A DNA stretch of 64,000 nt from Eledone cirrhosa. Taxonomy: Eukaryota. Within the stretch, counting starts at the first letter, position 1; each line of letters opens with the position of its first letter. The notes under the pieces were generated by a model. The model was not told the origin of the DNA and did not search any database. It worked only from the letters and a program-made list of their open reading frames with translations. The DNA is taken from NCBI GenBank assembly GCA_964016885.1, contig OZ024740.1, positions 6,882,001 through 6,946,000 on the forward strand, written 5' to 3'. The position numbers and the translations under genes are program-made. Positions 1 to 11,600 of this stretch are shown here, in pieces.

Positions 1-3000
1 AAAATACGCAGATCCTAAGGCAGTATTTGTGAGAGACATTACCCCCAAAATGCTCAGATCCTAAGGCAGTGTTTGTGAGAGACATTACCCCAAAATACTC
101 AGATCCTAAGGCAGTGTTTGTGAGAGACATTACCCCAAAATACTCAGATCCTAAGGCAGTGTTTGTGAGATACATTACCCCAAAATACTCAGATTCTAAG
201 GCAGTGTTTGTGAGACTATTACCCCAAAATACTCAGATACTAAGTCAGTTTTTGTGAGAGATATTACCCCAAAATACTCAGATCATAAGGCAGTGTTTGT
301 GAGATACATTACCGCAAAATACTCAGATCGTAAGGCAGTGTTTGTGAGAGATATTACCCCAAAATACTCAGATCCTAAGGCATCGTTTGTGAGAGACATT
401 ACCCCAAAATACTCAGATCCTAAGGCTGTATTTGTGAGAGACATTACCCCAGAATACTCAGATCCTAAGGCAGTAATTGTGAGAGACATTACACCAAAAT
501 ACTCAGATCCTAAGGCTGTATTTGTGAGAGACATTACCCCAAAATACTCAGATCCTAAGGCAGTATTTGTGAGAGACATTACCCCAAAATACTAAGATCC
601 TAAGGCAGTATTTGTGAGAGACATTACCTTAAAATACTCAGATCCTAAGGCTGTATTTGTGAGAGACATTACCCCAAAATACTCAGATCCTAAGGCAGTA
701 TTTTGAGAGACATTACCCCAAAATACTCAGACCCTAAGGCAGTATTTATGAGAGACATTACCCCAAAATACTGAGATCCTAAGGCAGTGTTTGTGAGAGA
801 CATTACCCCCAACATACTCAGATCCTAAGGCTGTATTTGTGAGAGACATTACCCCAAAATACTCAGATCCTAAGGCTGTATTTGTGAGAGACAATAACCA
901 AAAATACTCAGATCCTAAAGCAGTATTTGTGAGAGACATTACCCCAAAATACTCAGATCCTAAGGCTGTATTTGTGAGAGACAATAACCAAAAATACTCA
1001 GATCCTAAGGCAGTATTTGTGAGAGACATTACCCCAAAATACTCAGATACTAAGGCAGTATTTGTGAGAGACATTACGCCAAAATACTGAGCTCCTAAGG
1101 CTGTGTTTGTGAGAGACATTACCCCAAAATACTGAGATCCTAAGGCTGAGTTTGTTAGAGACATTACCCCAAAATACTGAGATCCTAAGGCAGTATTTGT
1201 GAGAGACATTACCCCAAAATACTCAGATCCTAAGGCAGTGTTTGTGAGAGACATTACGCCAAAATACTCAGATCCTAAGGCTGTGTTTGTGACAGACATT
1301 ACCCCAATATACTCAGATCCTAAGATAGTGTTTGTGAGAGACATTACCCCAAAATACTCAGATCCTAAGGCTGTATTTGTGAGAGGCATTACCCCAAAAT
1401 ACTGAGATTCTAAGGCTGTATTTTTGAGAGACATTACCCCAAAATACTCAGATCCTAAGGTAGTGTTTGTGAGAGACATTATCCCAAAATACTCAGATCC
1501 TCAGGCTGTATTTGTGGGAGACATTACCCCAAAATACTCAGATCCTAAGGTAGTGTTTGTGAGAGACATTATCCCAAAATACTCAGATCCTAAGGCTGTA
1601 TTTGTGCGAGACATTACCCAAAAATACTCAGATCCTAAGGCAGTATTTGTGAGAGACATTACGCCAAAATACTCAGATCCCAAGGCAGTGTTTGTGAGAG
1701 ACATTACCCCAAAATACTCAGATCCTAAGGCTGTGTTTGTGAGAGATATTACCCCAAAATACTCAGATCCTAAGGCAGTGTTTGTGAGAGACATTACACC
1801 AAAATACTCAGATCCTAAGGCTGTATTTGTGAGAGACAATACCCCAAAATACTCAGATCCTAAGGCTGTATTTGTGAGAGACAATACCCCAAAATACTCA
1901 GATCCTAAGGCAGTATTTGTGAGAGACAATAACCCAAAATACTCAGATCCTAAGGTAGTATTTGGGAGAGACATTACCCCCAAAATACTCAGATCCTAAG
2001 GCTGTACTTGTGAGAGACATTACCCCAAAATACTCAGATCCTAAGGCAGTGTTTGTGAGGGACATTACCCAAAAATACTCAGATCCTAAGGCAGTATTTG
2101 TGAGAGACATTACCCCAAAATACTCAGATCCCAAGGCAGTGTTTGTGAGAGACATTACCCCAAAATACTCAGATCCTAAGGCTGTGTTTGTGAGAGATAT
2201 TACCCCAAACTACTCAGATCCTAAGGCAGTGTTTGTGAGAGACATTACACCAAAATACTCAGATCCTAAGGCAGTGTTTGGAGAGATATTACCCCAAAAT
2301 ACTCAGATCCTAAGGCAGTGTTTGTGACAGACATTACCCCAAAATACACAGATACTAAGGCAGTATTTGTGAGAGACATTACCCCAAAATACTCAGATCC
2401 TAAGGCAGTGTTTGTGAGGGACATTACCCCCAAATACTCAGATCCTAAGGCAGTATTTGTGAGAGACATTACCCCAAAATACTCAGATCCCAAGGCAGTG
2501 TTTGTGAGAGACATTACCCCAAAATACTCAGATCCTAAGGCAGTGTTTGTGAGAGACATTACACCAAAATACTCAGATCCTAAGGCAGTTTTTGTGAGAG
2601 ATATTACCCCAAAATACTCAGATCCTAAGGCAGTGTTTGTGAGAGATATTACCCCCGAAATACTCAGATCCTAAGGCAGTGTTTGTGAGAGATATTACCC
2701 CAAAATCCTCAGATCCTAAGGCAGTATTTGTGAGAGACATTACCCCAAAATATTCAGATCCTAAGGCTGTATTTGTGAGAGACATTACCCCAAAATACTG
2801 AGTTCCTAAGGCAGTATTTGTGAGAGACATTACCCCAAAATACTCAGATCCTCAGGCTGTATTTGTGAGAGACATTACCCCAAAATACTCAGATTCTAAG
2901 GCTGTATTTTTGAGAGACATTACCCCAAAATACTCAGATCCTCAGGCTGTATTTGTGTGAGACATCACCCCAAAATACTCAGATCCTAAGGTAGTGTTTG

Positions 3001-3286
3001 TGAGAGACATTATCCCAAAATACTCAGATTCTAAGGCTGTATTTTTGAGAGACATTACCCCAAAATACTCAGATCCTCAGGCTGTATTTGTGGGAGACAT
3101 CACCCCAAAATACTCAGATTCTAAGGTAGTGTTTGTGAGAGACATTATCCCAAAATACTCAGATCCTAAGGCTGTATTTTTGAGAGACATTACCCCAAAA
3201 TACTCAGATCGTAAGGCTGTATTTTTGAGAGACATTAACCCAAAATTCTCAGATCCTAAGGCAGTGTTTGTGAGAGACATTACCCC
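1..3286. repeat. HOR-A copy 1 (3,286 bp = 73 monomers +1 nt)
   Basis: Matching ORF patterns recur at a constant +3286 offset (69/3355, 727/4013, 1424/4710, 1962/5248, 2318/5604). The diagnostic variants TACGCAG, GAGACTATT, TAAGTCAGTTTT, GAGCTC and CCCCCAACAT occur in the same order. Confidence 0.93.
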
Positions 3287-6200
3287 AAAATACGCAGATC
3301 CTAAGGCAGTATTTGTGAGAGACATTACCCCCAAAATGGTCAGATCCTAAGGCAGTGTTTGTGAGAGACATTACCCCAAAATACTCAGATCCTAAGGCAG
3401 TGTTTGTGAGAGACATTACCCCAAAATACTCAGATCCTAAGGCAGTGTTTGTGAGATACATTACCCCAAAATACTCAGATTCTAAGGCAGTGTTTGTGAG
3501 ACTATTACCCCAAAATACTCAGATACTAAGTCAGTTTTTGTGAGAGATATTACCCCAAAATACTCAGATCCTAAGGCAGTGTTTGTGAGATACATTACCG
3601 CAAAATACTCAGATCGTAAGGCAGTGTTTGTGAGAGATATTACCCCAAAATACTCAGATCCTAAGGCATCGTTTGTGAGAGACATTACCCCAAAATACTC
3701 AGATCCTAAGGCTGTATTTGTGAGAGACATTACCCCAGAATACTCAGATCCTAAGGCAGTAATTGTGAGAGACATTACACCAAAATACTCAGATCCTAAG
3801 GCTGTATTTGTGAGAGACATTACCCCAAAATACTCAGATCCTAAGGCAGTATTTGTGAGAGACATTACCCCAAAATACTAAGATCCTAAGGCAGTATTTG
3901 TGAGAGACATTACCCCAAAATACTCAGATCCTAAGGCTGTATTTGTGAGAGACATTACCCCAAAATACTCAGATCCTAAGGCAGTATTTTGAGAGACATT
4001 ACCCCAAAATACTCAGACCCTAAGGCAGTATTTATGAGAGACATTACCCCAAAATACTGAGATCCTAAGGCAGTGTTTGTGAGAGACATTACCCCCAACA
4101 TACTCAGATCCTAAGGCTGTATTTGTGAGAGACATTACCCCAAAATACTCAGATCCTAAGGCTGTATTTGTGAGAGACAATAACCAAAAATACTCAGATC
4201 CTAAAGCAGTATTTGTGAGAGACATTACCCCAAAATACTCAGATCCTAAGGCTGTATTTGTGAGAGACAATAACCAAAAATACTCAGATCCTAAGGCAGT
4301 ATTTGTGAGAGACATTACCCCAAAATACTCAGATACTAAGGCAGTATTTGTGAGAGACATTACGCCAAAATACTGAGCTCCTAAGGCTGTGTTTGTGAGA
4401 GACATTACCCCAAAATACTGAGATCCTAAGGCTGAGTTTGTTAGAGACATTAGCCCAAAATACTGAGATCCTAAGGCAGTATTTGTGAGAGACATTACCC
4501 CAAAATACTCAGATCCTAAGGCAGTGTTTGTGAGAGACATTACGCCAAAATACTCAGATCCTAAGGCTGTGTTTGTGACAGACATTACCCCAATATACTC
4601 AGATCCTAAGAGAGTGTTTGTGAGAGACATTACCCCAAAATACTCAGATCCTAAGGCTGTATTTGTGAGAGGCATTACCCCAAAATACTGAGATTCTAAG
4701 GCTGTATTTTTGAGAGACATTACCCCAAAATACTCAGATCCTAAGGTAGTGTTTGTGAGAGACATTATCCCAAAATACTCAGATCCTCAGGCTGTATTTG
4801 TGGGAGACATTACCCCAAAATACTCAGATCCTAAGGTAGTGTTTGTGAGAGACATTATCCCAAAATACTCAGATCCTAAGGCTGTATTTGTGCGAGACAT
4901 TACCCAAAAATACTCAGATCCTAAGGCAGTATTTGTGAGAGACATTACGCCAAAATACTCAGATCCCAAGGCAGTGTTTGTGAGAGACATTACCCCAAAA
5001 TACTCAGATCCTAAGGCTGTGTTTGTGAGAGATATTACCCCAAAATACTCAGATCCTAAGGCAGTGTTTGTGAGAGACATTACACCAAAATACTCAGATC
5101 CTAAGGCTGTATTTGTGAGAGACAATACCCCAAAATACTCAGATCCTAAGGCTGTATTTGTGAGAGACAATACCCCAAAATACTCAGATCCTAAGGCAGT
5201 ATTTGTGAGAGACAATAACCCAAAATACTCAGATCCTAAGGTAGTATTTGGGAGAGACATTACCCCCAAAATACTCAGATCCTAAGGCTGTACTTGTGAG
5301 AGACATTACCCCAAAATACTCAGATCCTAAGGCAGTGTTTGTGAGGGACATTACCCAAAAATACTCAGATCCTAAGGCAGTATTTGTGAGAGACATTACC
5401 CCAAAATACTCAGATCCCAAGGCAGTGTTTGTGAGAGACATTACCCCAAAATACTCAGATCCTAAGGCTGTGTTTGTGAGAGATATTACACCAAACTACT
5501 CAGATCCTAAGGCAGTGTTTGTGAGAGACATTACACCAAAATACTCAGATCCTAAGGCAGTGTTTGGAGAGATATTACCCCAAAATACTCAGATCCTAAG
5601 GCAGTGTTTGTGACAGACATTACCCCAAAATACACAGATACTAAGGCAGTATTTGTGAGAGACATTACCCCAAAATACTCAGATCCTAAGGCAGTGTTTG
5701 TGAGGGACATTACCCCCAAATACTCAGATCCTAAGGCAGTATTTGTGAGAGACATTACCCCAAAATACTCAGATCCCAAGGCAGTGTTTGTGAGAGACAT
5801 TACCCCAAAATACTCAGATCCTAAGGCTGTGTTTGTGAGAGATATTACCCCAAAATACTCAGATCCTAAGGCAGTGTTTGTGAGAGACATTACACCAAAA
5901 TACTCAGATCCTAAGGCAGTTTTTGTGAGAGATATTACCCCAAAATACTCAGATCCTAAGGCAGTGTTTGTGAGAGATATTACCCCCGAAATACTCAGAT
6001 CCTAAGGCAGTGTTTGTGAGAGATATTACCCCAAAATACTCAGATCCTAAGGCAGTATTTGTGAGAGACATTACCCCAAAATATTCAGATCCTAAGGCTG
6101 TATTTGTGAGAGACATTACCCCAAAATACTGAGTTCCTAAGGCAGTATTTGTGAGAGACATTACCCCAAAATACTCAGATCCTCAGGCTGTATTTGTGAG

Positions 6201-6617
6201 AGACATTACCCCAAAATACTCAGATTCTAAGGCTGTATTTTTGAGAGACATTACCCCAAAATACTCAGATCCTCAGGCTGTATTTGTGTGAGACATCACC
6301 CCAAAATACTCAGATCCTAAGGTCGTGTTTGTGAGAGACATTATCCCAAAATACTCAGATTCTAAGGCTGTATTTTTGAGAGACATTACCCCAAAATACT
6401 CAGATCCTCAGGCTGTATTTGTGAGAGACATCACCCCAAAATACTCAGATCCTAAGGTAGTGTTTGTGAGAGACATTATCCCAAAATACTCAGATCCTAA
6501 GGCTGTATTTGTGAGAGACATTACCCCAAAATACTCAGATCGTAAGGCTGTATTTTTGAGAGACATTAACCCAAAATTCTCAGATCCTAAGGCAGTGTTT
6601 GTGAGAGACATTACCCC
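3287..6617. repeat. HOR-A copy 2 (3,331 bp = 74 monomers +1 nt)
   Basis: Same variant order as copy 1, with one extra monomer near 5820-5865 (ORF 5604..6005 is 15 aa longer than 2318..2674; the offset becomes 3331 at 2994/6325). Confidence 0.92.
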
Positions 6618-8608
6618 AAAATACTCAGATCCTAAGGCAGTATTTGTGAGAGACATTACCCCCAAAATGCTCAGATCCTAAGGCAGTGTTTGTGAGAGAC
6701 ATTACCCCAAAATACTCAGATCCTAAGGCAGTGTTTGTGAGAGACATTACCCCCAAAATACTCAGATCCTAAGGCAGTGTTTGTGAGAGACATTACCCCA
6801 AAATACTCAGATACTAAGGCAGTATTTGTGAGAGACATTACGCCAAAATACTGAGCTCCTAAGGCTGTGTTTGTGAGAGACATTACCCCAAAATACTGAG
6901 ATCCTAAGGCTGAGTTTGTTAGAGACATTACCCCAAAATACTGAGATCCTAAGGCAGTATTTGTGAGAGACATTACCCCAAAATACTCAGATCCTAAGGC
7001 AGTGTTTGTGAGAGACATTACGCCAAAATACTCAGATCCTAAGGCTGTGTTTGTGACAGACATTACCCCAATATACTCAGATCCTAAGAGAGTGTTTGTG
7101 AGAGACATTACCCCAAAATACTCAGATCCTAAGGCTGTATTTGTGAGAGGCATTACCCCAAAATACTGAGATTCTAAGGCTGTATTTTTGAGAGACATTA
7201 CCCCAAAATACTCAGATCCTAAGGTAGTGTTTGTGAGAGACATTATCCCAAAATACTCAGATCCTCAGGCTGTATTTGTGGGAGACATTACCCCAAAATA
7301 CTCAGATCCTAAGGTAGTGTTTGTGAGAGACATTATCCCAAAATACTCAGATCCTAAGGCTGTATTTGTGCGAGACATTACCCCAAAATACTCAGATCCT
7401 AAGGCAGTATTTGTGAGAGACATTACGCCAAAATACTCAGATCCCAAGGCAGTGTTTGTGAGAGACATTACCCCAAAATACTCAGATCCTAAGGCTGTGT
7501 TTGTGAGAGATATTACCCCAAAATACTCAGATCCTAAGGCAGTGTTTGTGAGAGACATTACACCAAAATACTCAGATCCTAAGGCTGTATTTGTGAGAGA
7601 CAATACCCCAAAATACTCAGATCCTAAGGCTGTATTTGTGAGAGACAATACCCCAAAATACTCAGATCCTAAGGCAGTATTTGTGAGAGACAATAACCCA
7701 AAATACTCAGATCCTAAGGTAGTATTTGGGAGAGACATTACCCCCAAAATACTCAGATCCTAAGGCTGTACTTGTGAGAGACATTACCCCAAAATACTCA
7801 GATCCTAAGGCAGTGTTTGTGAGGGACATTACCCAAAAATACTCAGATCCTAAGGCAGTATTTGTGAGAGACATTACCCCAAAATACTCAGATCCCAAGG
7901 CAGTGTTTGTGAGAGACATTACCCCAAAATACTCAGATCCTAAGGCTGTGTTTGTGAGAGATATTACCCCAAACTACTCAGATCCTAAGGCAGTGTTTGT
8001 GAGAGACATTACACCAAAATACTCAGATCCTAAGGCAGTGTTTGGAGAGATATTACCCCAAAATACTCAGATCCTAAGGCAGTGTTTGTGACAGACATTA
8101 CCCCAAAATACACAGATACTAAGGCAGTATTTGTGAGAGACATTACCCCAAAATACTCAGATCCTAAGGCAGTGTTTGTGAGGGACATTACCCCCAAATA
8201 CTCAGATCCTAAGGCAGTATTTGTGAGAGACATTACCCCAAAATACTCAGATCCCAAGGCAGTGTTTGTGAGAGACATTACCCCAAAATACTCAGATCCT
8301 AAGGCTGTGTTTGTGAGAGATATTACCCCAAAATACTCAGATCCTAAGGCAGTGTTTGTGAGAGACATTACACCAAAATACTCAGATCCTAAGGCAGTTT
8401 TTGTGAGAGATATTACCCCAAAATACTCAGATCCTAAGGCAGTGTTTGTGAGAGATATTACCCCCGAAATACTCAGATCCTAAGGCAGTGTTTGTGAGAG
8501 ATATTACCCCAAAATACTCAGATCCTAAGGCAGTATTTGTGAGAGACATTACCCCAAAATATTCAGATCCTAAGGCTGTATTTGTGAGAGACATTACCCC
8601 AAAATACT
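6618..8608. repeat. HOR-A copy 3, internally deleted (about 19 monomers, 853 bp) and truncated
   Basis: The offset to copy 2 drops from 3331 to 2478 (4485/6963, 4710/7188, 5248/7726, 5604/8082). Similarity in variant order ends near 8608. Confidence 0.88.
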
Positions 8609-11600
8609 CAGATCCTAAGGCAGTGTTTGTGAGAGACATTACCCCAAAATACTGAGATCCTAAGGCTGTATTTGTGAGAGACATTACCCCCCAAAATACT
8701 GAGATCCTAAGGCTGTATTTGTGAGAGACATTACCCCAAAATACTCAGATCCTAAGGCTGTATTTGTGAGAGACATTACACCAAAATACTCAGATCCTAA
8801 GGCTGTATTTATGAGAAACATTACCCCAAAATACTCAGATTCTAAGGCACTGTTTGTGAGAGACATTACCCCAAAATACTCAAATCCTAAGGAAGAATTT
8901 GTCAGAGACATTACCCCGAAATACTCAGATCCTAAGGCAGTATTTGTGAGCGACATTACCCCAAAATACTCAGATTCTAAGGCTGTATTTGTGAGAGACA
9001 TTACCCCAAAATACTCAGATCCTAAGGCAGTATTTGTGAGAGACATTACCCCAAAATACTAGGATCCTAAGGCAGTATTTGTGAGAGACATTACCCCAAA
9101 ATACTGAGATCTTAAGGCTGTATTTGTGAGAGACATTACCCCAAAATACTGAGACCCTAAGGCAGTATTTGTGAGATACATTACCCCAAAATACTCAGAT
9201 CCTAAGGCAGTATTTGTGAGAGACATTACCCCAAAATACTGAGATACTAAGGCAGTATTTGTGAGAGACATTAGCCCAAAATACTCAGATCCTAAGGCTG
9301 TAATTGTGAGAGACATGACCCCAAAATACTGAGATCCTAAGGCTGTATTTGTGAGAGACATTACCCCAAAATACGCAGATCCTAAGGCAGTATTTGTGAG
9401 AAACATTACACCAAAATACTCAGATCCTAAGGCAGTATTTATGAGAGACATTACCCCAAAATACTCAGATCCTAAGGCAGTATTTGTGAGAGACATTACC
9501 CCAAAATACTCAGATCCTAAGACAGTATTTGTGAGAGACATTACCCCAAAATACTCAGATCCTAAGGCAGTGTTTGTGAGAGACATTACATCAAAATACT
9601 CAGATCCTAAGGCTGTATTTGTGAGAGACATTACCCCAAAATACTGAGATTCTAAGGCTGTATTTATGAGAGACATTACCCCAAAATACTCAGATCCTAA
9701 GGCTGTATTTGTGAGAGACATTACACCAAAATACTCAGATCCTAAGGCTGTATTTATGAGAGACATTACCCCCAAAATACTCAGATTGTAAGGCAGTGTT
9801 TGTGAGAGACATTACCCCAAAATACTGAGATCCTAAGGCTGTATTTGTGAGAGACATTACCCCAAAATACTCAGATCCAAAGGCAGTATTTGTGAGAGAC
9901 ATTAGCCCAAAATACTCAGATCCTAAGGCTGTGTTTGTGAGAGACATTACCCCAAAATACTCAGATCCTAAGACTGGATTTGTGAGAGACATTATCCCAA
10001 AATACTGAGATTCTAAGGCTGTATTTGTGAGCGACATTACCCCAAAATACTCAGATCCTAAGGCAGTGTTTGTGAGAGACATTACCCCAAAATACTCAGA
10101 TCCTCAGGCTGTATTTGTGGGAGACATTACCCCAAAATACTCAGATCCTAAGGTAGTGTTTGTGAGAGACATTATCCCAAAATACTCAGATCCTAAGGCT
10201 GTATTTGTGAGAGACATTACCCCAAAATACTCAGATCCTAAGGCAGTATTTGTGAGAGACATTACCCCAAAATACTCAGATCCTAAGGCTGTATTTGTGA
10301 GAGACATTACCCCAAAATACTGAGATCCTAAGGCAGTGTTTGTGAGAGACATTACGCCAAAATACTCAGATCCTAAGGCTGTATTTGTGAGCGACATTAC
10401 CCCAAAATACTCAGATCCTAAGGCTGTATTTGTGAGAGACAATACCCCAAAATACTCAGATCCTAAGGCTGTATTTGTGAGAGACAATACCCCAAAATAC
10501 TCAGATCCTAAGGCAGTATTTGGGAGAGACATTACCCCCAAAATACTCAGATCCTAAGGCTGTATTTGTGAGAGACATTCCCCCAAAATACTGAGACCCT
10601 AAGGCAGTATTTGTAAGATACATTACCCCAAAATACTCAGATCCTAAGGCAGTATTTGTGAGAGACATTAGCCCAAAATACTCAGATCCTAAGGCAGTAT
10701 TTGTGAGAGACATTACCCCAAAATACTCAGATCCTAAGGCTGTATTTGTGAGAGACATTACCCCAAAATACTGAGATTCTAAGGCTGTATTTTTGAGAGA
10801 CATTACCCCAAAATACTCAGATCCTCAGGCTGTATTTGTGGGAGACATTACCCCAAAATACTCAGATCCTAAGGTAGTGTTTGTGAGAGACATTATCCCA
10901 AAATACTCAGATCCTAAGGCTGTATTTGTGAGAGACATTACCCCAAAATACTCAGATCCTAAGGCAGTATTTGTGAGAGACATTACCCCAAAATACTCAG
11001 ATCCTCAGGCTGTATTTGTGGGAGACATTACCCCAAAATACTCAGATCCTAAGGTAGTGTTTGTGAGAGACATTATCCCAAAATACTCAGATCCTAAGGC
11101 TGTATTTGTGAAAACATTACCCCAAAATACTGAGATTCTAAGGCTGTATTTTTGAGAGACATTACCCCAAAATACTCAGATCCTCAGGCTGTATTTGTGG
11201 GAGACATTACCCCAAAATACTCAGATCCTAAGGTAGTGTTTGTGAGAGACATTATCCCAAAATACACAGATCCTAAGGCTGTATTTGTGAGAGACATTAC
11301 CCCAAAATACTCAGATCCTAAGGCAGTATTTGTGAGAGACATTACCCCAAAATACTCAGATCCTAAGGCTGTATTTGTGAGAGACATTACCCCAAAATAC
11401 TGAGATCCTAAGGCAGTGTTTGTGAGAGACATTACGCCAAAATACTCAGATCCTAAGGCTGTATTTGTGAGCGACATTACCCCAAAATACTCAGATCCTA
11501 AGGCTGTATTTGTGAGAGACAATACCCCAAAATACTCAGATCCTAAGGCTGTATTTGTGAGAGACAATACCCCAAAATACTCAGATCCTAAGGCAGTATT

